Below are positions 38,889 to 48,539 of a DNA stretch of 64,000 bases, one piece after another. The DNA is from Parcubacteria group bacterium ADurb.Bin247 (lineage in GTDB: Bacteria > Patescibacteriota > Minisyncoccia > Minisyncoccales > CSSED10-335). Numbering within the stretch: position 1 is the first letter of the stretch; each line of letters starts with the position of its first letter. The translations under genes and the position numbers were made by a program. The notes below the pieces were generated by a model. That model made no database searches and was not told the DNA's origin. It saw nothing but the letters and a program-made list of their open reading frames with translations. The stretch is from positions 14,514 to 78,513 of the forward strand of contig MWBX01000009.1 of NCBI GenBank assembly GCA_002069755.1, in the 5' to 3' direction.

Positions 38889-39546
38889 AATTTTAGTAAT
38901 CTTAATTGGTATAATAATATTAGTTATTATTGGATATTTTTTATTTAACAATCCTAATTCAATAGAAGACCCAAGGATTATTGCTGAAAATTGGATTAAA
39001 AATAATTCACCAGCATATATTTCTGATGGATTTGATCTTAAATATATTGATGGAGATGACTACCAACTTAATTTTGAATTCCAATCTAGATCAGCAGGCC
39101 CTCGTACAATTGAAGTATTTATAGATTCAGGCAAAGTTGTTAATTCGGTTATTGATAAATCTTATAGCGAATTCTACAATGATATAACTACTTATTCTGT
39201 TCCTTTATTTTTTATTGACTCGGAAGAAAATCTTGTAGAAATTCAAAGAATAATAGAATCCGAGCCAACACCTAGTATTGCTATTCTTGAATTAATAAAA
39301 GGGCTAACTGAAGAAGAAATAGATTTGGGTTTATTTAGTAGTATCAATCCAGAAACTAAATTAAATAATATAGATATTTTAGATGGCACCGCTTTTGTTG
39401 ATTTTGACGAAAATCTAGATGTTAGCGGATCGGCAATGGTTCTAGCTGTTAGAAACCAAATAGAACAAACATTATTAAATTTTCCAAACATTAATAATGT
39501 TATTATTTCAATTAATGGAGAAACCGAAGAAATACTTCAACCTTAG
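38875..39546 (+). CDS. membrane-anchored GerMN-like domain protein
   Basis: Internal ATG plus TM helix. C-terminal FVDFDENLDVSGSAMVLAVRNQIEQTLLNFPNINNVIISINGE resembles a GerMN domain. Confidence 0.4.
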   Translation: MTKSKILVILIGIIILVIIGYFLFNNPNSIEDPRIIAENWIKNNSPAYISDGFDLKYIDGDDYQLNFEFQSRSAGPRTIEVFIDSGKVVNSVIDKSYSEFYNDITTYSVPLFFIDSEENLVEIQRIIESEPTPSIAILELIKGLTEEEIDLGLFSSINPETKLNNIDILDGTAFVDFDENLDVSGSAMVLAVRNQIEQTLLNFPNINNVIISINGETEEILQP

Positions 39547-41006
39547 TTAAGTTTTTGAATGTGTTTTTTAGCCGAAGCGGTTTTAACGTAGTTTAGCCAT
39601 TTCTTCTTAGAGCTTTTTTCTTTCTTTGTTATAATCTCTACAATATCACCATTTTTTAATACATTTTTTAGCGAAGTCATTTTACCATTAACCTTAGCTC
39701 CACCAATATGATCACCGATGCTAGAATGAATAGCGTAAGCAAAATCAATTGGAGTTGAATTAATTGGTAAGTCAACAACATCGCCTTTAGGTGTAAAAAC
39801 AAATATTCTTTGCTGAAAAAAATCACTCTTCATTTCCTCTTCTAAACCAGATGTTTCTTGAAACTCAACTAAATCTTTTATCCAGCTAGGAACATCATCA
39901 AAATTAATTTCCTTTTTGCCAGAAAATACATTTTTAAATGGTAGTATTTTTTTTATCCATGCAAAATTTTCTGTTGTATTTTCTTTATATCCAACATGTG
40001 AAGCAATTCCATATTCAGCCTCTTGATGCATTTTTTTAGTCTTTATTTGTATTTCTACAACATTGCCATAACCAGTAAAAATAGTCGTATGAAGAGCTTT
40101 GTATCCATTCGGTTTAGGAAAAGCAATATAGTCTTTAATTCGTCCAGGTAATGGTCTGTAAGTACTATGAACAATTCCAAATATTTTATAGCAATCTTCA
40201 ACTGTTGGGACAATAATTCTTAGCGCTGAGATATCATATATTTTTTCAATGTTCCAATCTTTTCTAAGAAGTTTTTTGTAAAGACTGTATAGTGTCTTCA
40301 TTCTATAATCAACTGTAAAATCAGTTACGCCCTTTTTAGCTAAAACCTTTTTAATTGATTTTTGAAAACGATTTAGTTTATGAAACTGTTCTTTATTTCT
40401 AGTTTTCAAAAGCTCTTTTGTTTTTTTATATTCTTCAGGATAAACAAAAGGGAAAGCATAATCTTCTAAAGGTCGACTTAATTTTCTTATTCCTAATCTA
40501 TAAGCTAGGGGAGCGTATATTTCAAGAGTTTCAGTTGCTATTCTTTTTTGTTTATGTTCCGGTAAATATTTTAGTGTTTCCATATTATGCAATCGGTCAG
40601 CAAGTTTAATAATAATCACTCTAATATCTTGAGATACCGCAACAAAAAGCTTACGCAAACTTTCATTGTGTCGCTGAGCTCCTCTATACTTTAATTTCCC
40701 AAGCTTAGTAACACCTTCTACTAAAAAGAGTATTTCTTTCCCAAATAATTCTTCCACCTCCTCTCTAGTTGCTTTGCCATCTTCTATGCAATCATGCAAA
40801 AGACCAGCTGCTATAGTGGTTGAACTCATACCAAGTTCAGCTAATATTTTAGCTGTTTCTCTAACATGAACAAAATATGGCTCACCAGAAAATCTTAATT
40901 GGCCATTATGAACTGATTCTGCAAATGTAAAAGCTTTTGACACTAATTCAATGTCTTTACTTGATTGAGATGTCATTAAATCTATAATCTCTCTTAAATA
41001 ATCCAT
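39543..41006 (-). CDS. rel: bifunctional (p)ppGpp synthetase/hydrolase Rel (no ACT domain)
   Basis: HD domain (HDCIEDG) and synthetase core (RIIVPTVEDCYKIFGIVHS...YKALHTTI). TGS domain present. 487 aa. Confidence 0.9.
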   Translation of the reverse strand: MDYLREIIDLMTSQSSKDIELVSKAFTFAESVHNGQLRFSGEPYFVHVRETAKILAELGMSSTTIAAGLLHDCIEDGKATREEVEELFGKEILFLVEGVTKLGKLKYRGAQRHNESLRKLFVAVSQDIRVIIIKLADRLHNMETLKYLPEHKQKRIATETLEIYAPLAYRLGIRKLSRPLEDYAFPFVYPEEYKKTKELLKTRNKEQFHKLNRFQKSIKKVLAKKGVTDFTVDYRMKTLYSLYKKLLRKDWNIEKIYDISALRIIVPTVEDCYKIFGIVHSTYRPLPGRIKDYIAFPKPNGYKALHTTIFTGYGNVVEIQIKTKKMHQEAEYGIASHVGYKENTTENFAWIKKILPFKNVFSGKKEINFDDVPSWIKDLVEFQETSGLEEEMKSDFFQQRIFVFTPKGDVVDLPINSTPIDFAYAIHSSIGDHIGGAKVNGKMTSLKNVLKNGDIVEIITKKEKSSKKKWLNYVKTASAKKHIQKLN

Positions 41007-41043
41007 ACTTTGATTTTATCATAAATTAATGTATAATTAAAGT

Positions 41044-41358
41044 ATGATTAAATCCGATGAAATGATGGATTATATTCAGGTGGTTAATATGATCAATCAA
41101 TCAATTAAGAGTAAGAAAACGATTGAAATATATTATCCAAAGACACAAAATTCTCCCGAAGGCTGGAGAGAAATAGAGCCTTTTGGTTTTTTTGATGACA
41201 TTGAAGAAGGAGCTACTAAAATTACAAGTAATTTTTCTCCAGGTCATATATTAAAAGCATATACAATAGGAGACACTACAAAAACATTACAATCTTTTAT
41301 TATCGGAAAAATCATAAAAGCAAGAAAAACAAACAGAAAGTTCTTGATTAGCAAATGA
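41044..41358 (+). CDS. small standalone WYL-like domain protein (tentative)
   Basis: TIEIYYPKTQNSPEGWREIEPFGFF ... ILKAYTIGDTTKTLQSFIIGKI resembles the WYL beta-barrel pattern. Confidence 0.3.
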   Translation: MIKSDEMMDYIQVVNMINQSIKSKKTIEIYYPKTQNSPEGWREIEPFGFFDDIEEGATKITSNFSPGHILKAYTIGDTTKTLQSFIIGKIIKARKTNRKFLISK

Positions 41359-41645
41359 ATTATATTATAACGGTCTTAGGATTAATCGGGATAATAAAAC
41401 CCGACAAGTTTAAAAAATTTATACATAATGCATTATATCTAATGCCTTTTTGGTTGTGGGGCATTATTTTTTTAATACTAGCTGGAATTACAAAAATATG
41501 GATTTTAATTATTATTGGATTAGTATTCTTGTTTTTTCCAAAAAGAAAAATGAAGAAAACTATTGAATTAATTCCAAAAATATCTAATAAGAATATAAGG
41601 ATTTTTATCATTTTAATAATTATTATTGTATGGATATTGTGGTAA
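41355..41645 (+). CDS. small membrane protein
   Basis: 96 aa with 3 TM helices. Start overlaps the upstream stop. Confidence 0.35.
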   Translation: MNYIITVLGLIGIIKPDKFKKFIHNALYLMPFWLWGIIFLILAGITKIWILIIIGLVFLFFPKRKMKKTIELIPKISNKNIRIFIILIIIIVWILW

Positions 41646-42271
41646 TTAATAAACCGAAAGGGCCAACTTCGCATGACATTATTAACGAAGTGAGAAAAAT
41701 AACTGGCATTAAAAAAGTAGGACATTCAGGAACACTAGATCCACTAGCCACAGGTGTTTTATTAATTGCAATAGGAAAAGAAAATACCAAGAAATTAAAT
41801 CATTTATTTAAAGAAGAAAAAGAATATTTGGCAGTAATTAAATTAGGCGAAGAAAGTCTTACAGGCGATGGAGAAGGTCCAATCAAATTTAAATCGGATT
41901 ATACTCCTACTATTTCAGAAATAGAGAGTGCATTACTAAAATTTAAAGGAACAATACTTCAAAAACCACATAAATTTAGCGCTGTTAAAAAAAATGGGAA
42001 AAAATTATACAGCCTAGCTAGAGCTGGAAAAGAAATTGAAATAAAACCAAGAAAAGTTGAAGTAAAAGAAATAGAGATTATAAAATATGAATATCCCGAA
42101 TTGCATATTAGATTTATTGTAAGCTCTGGAACATATATTAGAGTTTTAACCGAAGATATTGGCAATAAGTTAAAAACTGGAGCCTACTTAAAAGATTTGA
42201 ATAGATTAAGAGTAGGAAAATATACAATTAAAGATTCAATAAATATAGACAAATTATGGAAAATAAAATAA
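41630..42271 (+). CDS. truB: tRNA pseudouridine(55) synthase (no PUA domain)
   Basis: VINKPKGPTSHDII...VGHSGTLDPLATGVL catalytic-Asp motif. 213 aa. Confidence 0.85.
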   Translation: MDIVVINKPKGPTSHDIINEVRKITGIKKVGHSGTLDPLATGVLLIAIGKENTKKLNHLFKEEKEYLAVIKLGEESLTGDGEGPIKFKSDYTPTISEIESALLKFKGTILQKPHKFSAVKKNGKKLYSLARAGKEIEIKPRKVEVKEIEIIKYEYPELHIRFIVSSGTYIRVLTEDIGNKLKTGAYLKDLNRLRVGKYTIKDSINIDKLWKIK

Positions 42272-43440
42272 AAATATTGGCTTGCTCGCTAGAATACCCA
42301 TTACCAAACGGCGTAACTATTTCACTAAATACATCCATTACTGAATTAAAAAGAATGGGAATAAAAACTATAGTAATTTCTCCCGACTATAATATCGGCA
42401 AAATTAGAAAAGAACATTACCCATTACCACCATCAATAATAGTAAAAAATATTGGCGCAATCGCTGGCAGAAAAGCTAATACTTTTGGCGCTGGATTAAG
42501 TATGTTTGCTTATCCTCAAATAAAAGAAATAATTAAAAGGTTCAATCCTGATATATATTGGCTTAATACAATTGCTTGGACCATAAATCCATTTGAAATT
42601 GCAATGCTAGAAACTGATAAGCCCAAAGTTGTTACTTACCATACTCTTTTAGAAGACTATGGTAAAATATATGCTGGTGAAGCTGGAGCAATTGCAATGA
42701 AATTAAAATCAGAATTAATTTGTAATAGAGTCGATGCAATTATTGTTCCAAGTAAAACAATAAGAGATAAATTATACGATTATGGAGTAATCAAGCCAAT
42801 ACATGTAATTCCAACTGGTATTAGTTTCGCCAAAAGAAGCTATGGCAAGCAAGAGTTAAAAAAAAGGTTTAATATACCAAAAAATTCAAAAGTTCTTCTC
42901 TATGTTGGTAGGATTTCAAAAGAAAAGAATATAGAATTTTTACTAGATATTTTAAAAAGACTACAAAACAAAATTAATTGCAAATTATTAATTATTGGAA
43001 TGGGTGATATTGATCAGTATAAGAATATTGCAAAAACAAAAGAAGTATTAAAAAATACAATTTTTGTTGGCGAAATGCCCAAAAAAGAAATTGAAAAAAT
43101 TTATGGCGCTTGCGATGTTTTTGTTTTTGCCTCACAAACCGAAACACAAGGAATTGTAATTGGTGAAGCTATGGCTTCTGGTCTTCCAGTGGTAATTTTA
43201 GATTCAAAAATTAGTAAAGAAGTTTATCCACAAAATACTGCAATAATAGCAAAAAATAAAGATGAATTTATAACAGGGGTTTTAAATGTTTTAAATAACA
43301 ATAACGATATTATGATAAATAATGCGAAAGAATTTGTTAATAAAAACTTTTCTAAAGAAAAAATGATTAAAGACCAATTTGAAATATTTAATAATTTGTT
43401 TTTGCAATATTCAATTAAAAATGGTAATATTAATAAATAA
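42256..43440 (+). CDS. glycosyltransferase family 4 (GT-B)
   Basis: C-terminal EMPKKEIEKIYGACDVFVFASQTETQGIVIGEAMASGLPVV (E-x7-E family signature). Confidence 0.8.
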   Translation: MENKIKILACSLEYPLPNGVTISLNTSITELKRMGIKTIVISPDYNIGKIRKEHYPLPPSIIVKNIGAIAGRKANTFGAGLSMFAYPQIKEIIKRFNPDIYWLNTIAWTINPFEIAMLETDKPKVVTYHTLLEDYGKIYAGEAGAIAMKLKSELICNRVDAIIVPSKTIRDKLYDYGVIKPIHVIPTGISFAKRSYGKQELKKRFNIPKNSKVLLYVGRISKEKNIEFLLDILKRLQNKINCKLLIIGMGDIDQYKNIAKTKEVLKNTIFVGEMPKKEIEKIYGACDVFVFASQTETQGIVIGEAMASGLPVVILDSKISKEVYPQNTAIIAKNKDEFITGVLNVLNNNNDIMINNAKEFVNKNFSKEKMIKDQFEIFNNLFLQYSIKNGNINK

Positions 43441-43446
43441 AAATAT

Positions 43447-43644
43447 ATGATGAAATTATCTTTCTTTTATATTGTTAGTGTGTTTTCTTTGATCTTTTCA
43501 ATATTAAACTTTTTAAGATTAATGTTTGAAAAGTCTGTATATTTTGGAGACTATTTGATTCCTGGATGGATAAGCGGTATTTTTGTTATCTTAGGAATAC
43601 TTATGGCATATTGGGCAATAAAACTATCTAAAGAACAAGAATGA
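43447..43644 (+). CDS. small membrane protein
   Basis: 65 aa with 2 TM helices. Confidence 0.35.
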   Translation: MMKLSFFYIVSVFSLIFSILNFLRLMFEKSVYFGDYLIPGWISGIFVILGILMAYWAIKLSKEQE

Positions 43645-44381
43645 GATCTCTTTTTCTGATTTTAATAATTGTTCTTGGTGCTTTATTTATTAATAATTCA
43701 ATTCAACCTGAGATTGTTATTGAAGAACCCGAAATATATTTAAGTATAAGTGAAATAATTGATGAAACAAACAAACAAAGAACTACACCATTAAAAGAAA
43801 ATCAACTGCTCAACTCTATTGCCTTGTTTAAAGCCGAAGATATGCTTAATAATCAATATTTTGCTCATATAAGTCCTTTAGGTAAAGAAGCTAAAGATTT
43901 AGCCGACAACTTTAACTATAACTATATTGTAATAGGGGAAAACTTAGCAATGGGAATGTTTGAAAATAGTGCTCAATTAGTCCAAGACTGGATGAATAGC
44001 CCTGGCCACAGAGAAAATATAGTGAGTAATAAATACACTGAAATTGGAGTTGGAATTGTAAGGGGAGTATATAAAGGAGAGGATACATGGATGGCTGTTC
44101 AAATATTTGGAACTCCCAGAGATGTATGCCCCGAGCCTAATTCAAATCTTTTAAACCAAATTAATAACTTGCAATCAAGCCTTGAATCAATAGAAGTAAA
44201 GATAAACAACATTAAATCTAAGATTAACCAAGATCCATATAATAACCAATATATATCTGAACATAATAATTTAGTAAACGAATATAATAAAATACACGAT
44301 CAATTAAAGCCACTGATTGATGATTATAATCAACAAATTAACGAAAATAATCAGTGCTTATCTAAATATGGAATTAATTGA
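43641..44381 (+). CDS. secreted CAP/SCP/PR-1 (YkwD-like) domain protein with C-terminal coiled coil
   Basis: Signal/TM helix. YFAHISPLG...GENLAMG...WMNSPGHRENI...YTEIGVGI motifs. Confidence 0.7.
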   Translation: MRSLFLILIIVLGALFINNSIQPEIVIEEPEIYLSISEIIDETNKQRTTPLKENQLLNSIALFKAEDMLNNQYFAHISPLGKEAKDLADNFNYNYIVIGENLAMGMFENSAQLVQDWMNSPGHRENIVSNKYTEIGVGIVRGVYKGEDTWMAVQIFGTPRDVCPEPNSNLLNQINNLQSSLESIEVKINNIKSKINQDPYNNQYISEHNNLVNEYNKIHDQLKPLIDDYNQQINENNQCLSKYGIN

Positions 44382-45426
44382 CAAAATAAGAATATCGCAT
44401 TCTGCAATTACTGATTTCAATAATTGTCCTAGACTATATTACTTTAAAAGTATTTATCGAAATCCCAAAACAGGTAATAGGATTCAAATAGTAAACCCTT
44501 ATCTTTCTTTAGGTTTAGCAGTCCACGAAACAATAGATGAATTGATTGACATTGCTCCATCTAAAAGAGTCAATAAGAAATTAAGTAAAAGGTTTGAAAA
44601 AATATGGCAAAACTATTCAGGTAAAATTGGTGGTTTTACTTCTAAAAAACAAGAAGAAATATTTAAAAAAAGGGGACACCTAATGATTAAAAAAATAGAA
44701 GGTTCTGCAATTTTATCCAAAAGATCTCTTAAAAAAGAAAAAGACTTTCCCAAAATAGAGCTTTCCGATGATATGAATCTTATTGGTAATTTTGATTGGA
44801 TAGAGTTAATGAAAGATGGATCGTTACATATAATTGATTTTAAAACTGGAAAAAGCAAAGAGAAAAACGATTCTCTACAATTACCAATATATCAGGTTTT
44901 AGCCGAGAAAAACTATAATCGCAAAGTTAAAAAATTAAGTTACTGGTACTTAGAAAAAGATACTAAGCTTACAACAAAAAAAATAATAAGCACTAATAAA
45001 TGTCTAGATATTATAAATAAAAAAGCTAACGAAATAAAAAATTCAATTGAATCTAGGAGTTTTGGTTGTAGTTCTAAATATAGAAAATGTTTTTATTGCA
45101 AGAATTATGAAACAATACTATCTGGCAAAGCTGAGTATCTAGACACTAAAAACGAAAGAGACCTATACTATCTAGCTAATAGTAAAGACTTACTAGATAA
45201 AATATACGAGGAAAGTTTTTTAAATAATAAAGAAAAAGAAATAGTTTGTATGAAAATGAATAATATAACAATGGATGAGACAAGAGAAACACTAAATATT
45301 TCTAAAATTGAAATTAAAAAAAGCGTAGAAAGTATTAAAATAAAACTTAAAGAAAATTTAGAACAAAAAGAATTAAAAATATTTATAGAAGAGCTTTTAA
45401 AAAAAGAAAATAAATTTGATGCTTGA
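44368..45426 (+). CDS. Cas4/RecB-like PD-(D/E)xK Fe-S nuclease fused to C-terminal sigma70-region-4-like HTH
   Basis: N-terminal Cys (NNCPRLYY). DWIEL...HIIDFKTGK. C-terminal C-x7-C-x2-C (GCSSKYRKCFYC). Tail EKEIVCMKMNNITMDETRETLNISKIEIKKSVESIKIKL is HTH-like. Confidence 0.55.
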   Translation: MELIDKIRISHSAITDFNNCPRLYYFKSIYRNPKTGNRIQIVNPYLSLGLAVHETIDELIDIAPSKRVNKKLSKRFEKIWQNYSGKIGGFTSKKQEEIFKKRGHLMIKKIEGSAILSKRSLKKEKDFPKIELSDDMNLIGNFDWIELMKDGSLHIIDFKTGKSKEKNDSLQLPIYQVLAEKNYNRKVKKLSYWYLEKDTKLTTKKIISTNKCLDIINKKANEIKNSIESRSFGCSSKYRKCFYCKNYETILSGKAEYLDTKNERDLYYLANSKDLLDKIYEESFLNNKEKEIVCMKMNNITMDETRETLNISKIEIKKSVESIKIKLKENLEQKELKIFIEELLKKENKFDA

Positions 45427-45997
45427 AATGGAACAAATTAAAGAGGATGTATTGAAGGCTAATTTTAATTTAGCTATTTTAAGAAGGAAGAATAACCTTT
45501 TCCCAGTGATTGGAGAGGGAAATCACAATGCCGAAATAATGTTTATTGGCGAAGCTCCTGGAAGAAACGAGGCGATAAGCGGTAGACCATTTTGTGGCAA
45601 AGCAGGACAAGTACTAGACAATTTATTATCTGGTATCAATATTTCAAGAAGCGATGTCTATATCACAAATATTGTTAAAGATAGACCACCTAACAATAGA
45701 GATCCTTTGCCTGAAGAAATAGAAGAATACGCTCCTTTTCTAGATCGACAAATTAAAATAATCAAACCAAAAATTATTGTAACGTTGGGTAGATTTTCGG
45801 CTCAATACATATTATCTAAGTATAGAATAAACAATACTGAGACAATAACTAAGATAAACGGAAAAGTGTTTGAAGCTGACGGATTAAAAATAATCACACT
45901 ATTACATCCAGCAAGTGCAATTTATGATAACAAAAAACAAAAAATGCTTGTTGACGGATTTAATATTGTAAATTACACTATCAAACATTATAATTAA
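45416..45997 (+). CDS. uracil-DNA glycosylase, family 4
   Basis: GEGNHNAEIMFIGEAPG...GRPFCGKAG and HPASAIY motifs. Confidence 0.85.
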   Translation: MMLEMEQIKEDVLKANFNLAILRRKNNLFPVIGEGNHNAEIMFIGEAPGRNEAISGRPFCGKAGQVLDNLLSGINISRSDVYITNIVKDRPPNNRDPLPEEIEEYAPFLDRQIKIIKPKIIVTLGRFSAQYILSKYRINNTETITKINGKVFEADGLKIITLLHPASAIYDNKKQKMLVDGFNIVNYTIKHYN

Positions 45998-46005
45998 AAA
46001 AATAA

Positions 46006-47709
46006 ATGGAAGTAATTTTTGAATTAGCAATTATTGTCTGTATTGCCGCAACGCTTGGAATTATAGCTAAAATATTAAGACAACCCCTTATTCTGGCATA
46101 TATTGTCACGGGAATTATAATCGGGTTAATACAGATATTCTTTCAATCTTTTTATATCGGAGAAAAAGAAGTTTTTGATTTGTTTTCAGAGTTAGGAGTA
46201 ATGTTTTTACTCTTTTTAATTGGACTAGAAATGAATTATAGTTCTTTAAAAACAGTAGGAAAAACTTCTATTGCAGTAGGATTGAGCCAAATATTGTTTA
46301 CTTTTATTTTTGGATTTTTAATTGCTACTGTCCTTGGATTTACACAAATAAATGCCGCATATATTGCAATAGCTCTAACATTTTCTTCAACGATAATAGT
46401 GGTTAAACTTTTGTCGGACAACAAAACTATTAATAGTTTGTACGGTAAGATAAGTATTGGTTTTTTGTTAGTTCAAGACTTTGTTGTTATCTTCATGCTA
46501 ATAATACTAGCCGGACTAGAAAGTGGTGAGGGATTTTCAATCAAAACACTAACTTACACCTTATTCTTAGGAATAATATTATTTGGAATAATGATTGCTA
46601 TTGGCCGAAATATATTTCCTTATATCTTTAGCAAAATTGCTCGCTCACAGGAGCTTTTGTTTATCACTAGTATTGCTTGGGTATTTGGTCTAGTAGCTTT
46701 AATTGAGTTTTTAAGAATTAAAACAGGTATTGGTTTCTCTATAGAGATAGCTGGTTTCTTGGCTGGTTTAGCACTAGCTAATTCATCAGAACACTATCAA
46801 ATTGCTAATAGAATAAAACCACTAAGAGACTTCTTTATTCTTATTTTCTTTGTAATGCTGGGTTCATCAATAGTATTTTACGACTTTAGTGCTATTGGCT
46901 TGCCAATAATTGTATTGTCTCTTTTTGTTCTGATTGGCAATCCATTAATAGTAATGGTGATTATGGGATTGATTATGGGTTATCGTAAAAGAACCTCTTT
47001 TATGTCAGGAATTACAGTTGCTCAGGTATCCGAATTTAGTTTAATCCTAAGCGCTTTAGGTTTAAAGCTCGGCCACATTAACGAAGAAACAATGGCTCTT
47101 ATTGCTGCGGTAGGAATTATTACTATAACAACATCAACCTATATGATTGTATTTTCTGATAAGTTGTATTCTAAACTATCTCCATTATTGTCGTTTTTTG
47201 AACGAAAAAACCCAAGAAAAGAATATTCTTTTGAAGATAATAAAAAGCCAATTATTCTAGTTGGTTATGACAGAACTGGTAAAAGTATAGCTGCAAGATT
47301 AGAAAAAGAAAAAATGTTAGTAATTGACTTTAATCCAGACATAATAAAAGGATTAGAGAAATTGGGCTATTCTTGTATATACGGAGACATTATTGATCCA
47401 CTAATATTTGAAAACGTTGATTTTACAAGCGCTAAAATGGTAATATCTACAAGCCCCGAATTAAAAGATAATATTAATCTAGTTTCAGGTATTAAATTGT
47501 CTGGATCAAAAGCCAAGATTATATCTAGAGCCGAATCAGAAGAAGATGCCAAGATACTTTATAGCAAAGGATGTGATTATGTGTTTTTGCCTCTTTATTC
47601 TTCTGGCCAATATCTAGGTAAGATTATTGATTCTGATCCCGAACTTAAAGGCTTGCAAGAATTAAAAAATAAAGATATAATGTTTATAAACCAAATTAAT
47701 AAAAAATAA
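46006..47709 (+). CDS. CPA2 monovalent cation:proton antiporter (Kef-type) with C-terminal RCK/TrkA-N domain
   Basis: About 12 TM helices, then a Rossmann segment ILVGYDRTGKSIAARL. Confidence 0.85.
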   Translation: MEVIFELAIIVCIAATLGIIAKILRQPLILAYIVTGIIIGLIQIFFQSFYIGEKEVFDLFSELGVMFLLFLIGLEMNYSSLKTVGKTSIAVGLSQILFTFIFGFLIATVLGFTQINAAYIAIALTFSSTIIVVKLLSDNKTINSLYGKISIGFLLVQDFVVIFMLIILAGLESGEGFSIKTLTYTLFLGIILFGIMIAIGRNIFPYIFSKIARSQELLFITSIAWVFGLVALIEFLRIKTGIGFSIEIAGFLAGLALANSSEHYQIANRIKPLRDFFILIFFVMLGSSIVFYDFSAIGLPIIVLSLFVLIGNPLIVMVIMGLIMGYRKRTSFMSGITVAQVSEFSLILSALGLKLGHINEETMALIAAVGIITITTSTYMIVFSDKLYSKLSPLLSFFERKNPRKEYSFEDNKKPIILVGYDRTGKSIAARLEKEKMLVIDFNPDIIKGLEKLGYSCIYGDIIDPLIFENVDFTSAKMVISTSPELKDNINLVSGIKLSGSKAKIISRAESEEDAKILYSKGCDYVFLPLYSSGQYLGKIIDSDPELKGLQELKNKDIMFINQINKK

Positions 47710-47710
47710 T

Positions 47711-47956
47711 ATGTTTGACAAACTAAAACAAATAAAACAACTAAAGGCTCTTCAAGATTCTTTAAAAAGCGAAATGGTAGAGTCAGAAAACAGGGGAGTA
47801 AAGGTCGTTGTTAACGGTAATATGCAAGTTGAGAGTGTTAAATTAAATAACGATCTTTCTTTGAGTGAACAAGAAAAGATAGTTAAAGATTGCATTAACG
47901 ATGCATTTAAGCAAGTTCAAATGTTAGTAGCTCAAAAAATGACTAAAATGCAATAA
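47711..47956 (+). CDS. ybaB: nucleoid-associated protein YbaB/EbfC
   Basis: 81 aa. ...LQDSLKSEMVESENRGVKVVVNGNMQVESVKL... matches the YbaB family. Confidence 0.8.
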   Translation: MFDKLKQIKQLKALQDSLKSEMVESENRGVKVVVNGNMQVESVKLNNDLSLSEQEKIVKDCINDAFKQVQMLVAQKMTKMQ

Positions 47957-47974
47957 TATCCGCTGTCTCAAAAA

Positions 47975-48535
47975 CTAAACCCTTTTAGAATACTCTCCAG
48001 TTTCAGTGTTAACTTCTATAACGTCCCCTTCTTTAATAAACAGTGGCGCTAATATCTCTACTCCCGTCTCTAGTTTAATTACTTTGTTTCCTGATTGAGC
48101 TCGGTCTCCTTTTATTCCAATTGGAGCGTCTATAACCTTTAGTTCTACTTTAATTGGAGCAACAACATCAAGAATCTTATCTTCAAAGAATACTCCCTCT
48201 ACAATATCGCCTTCTTTTACAAAGCGAATAGAGTTGTTCAGGTTCTCTTCTACTAATTCAAATCTATTCTTAGGGTTATTCTCTTCGCAGAAAAAACATT
48301 TACCTTTGTTTTTATACAAAAACTTAATGTTTTGTTTTTCAACTTCGGCCTCATCAAAAATGTCCGATGGTCTAAATGTTTTAGCCAAAACATTACCCGT
48401 TTTAAGGTTTTTTAATTTTGCCTGAATAACAGATTGACCCCTTCCTTTTACAACATGAGTTGTTTCTAATATCTCATAAGGATCTTTATCTATTATAATT
48501 TTTACTCCCCTCTTTAATTCGTTAAATGAAATCAT
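47975..48535 (-). CDS. efp: elongation factor P
   Basis: MISFNELKRGVKIIIDKDPYEILETTHVVKGRGQSVIQAKLKNLKTGNV is the canonical EF-P N-terminal KOW domain. Confidence 0.9.
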   Translation of the reverse strand: MISFNELKRGVKIIIDKDPYEILETTHVVKGRGQSVIQAKLKNLKTGNVLAKTFRPSDIFDEAEVEKQNIKFLYKNKGKCFFCEENNPKNRFELVEENLNNSIRFVKEGDIVEGVFFEDKILDVVAPIKVELKVIDAPIGIKGDRAQSGNKVIKLETGVEILAPLFIKEGDVIEVNTETGEYSKRV

Positions 48536-48539
48536 ATTT

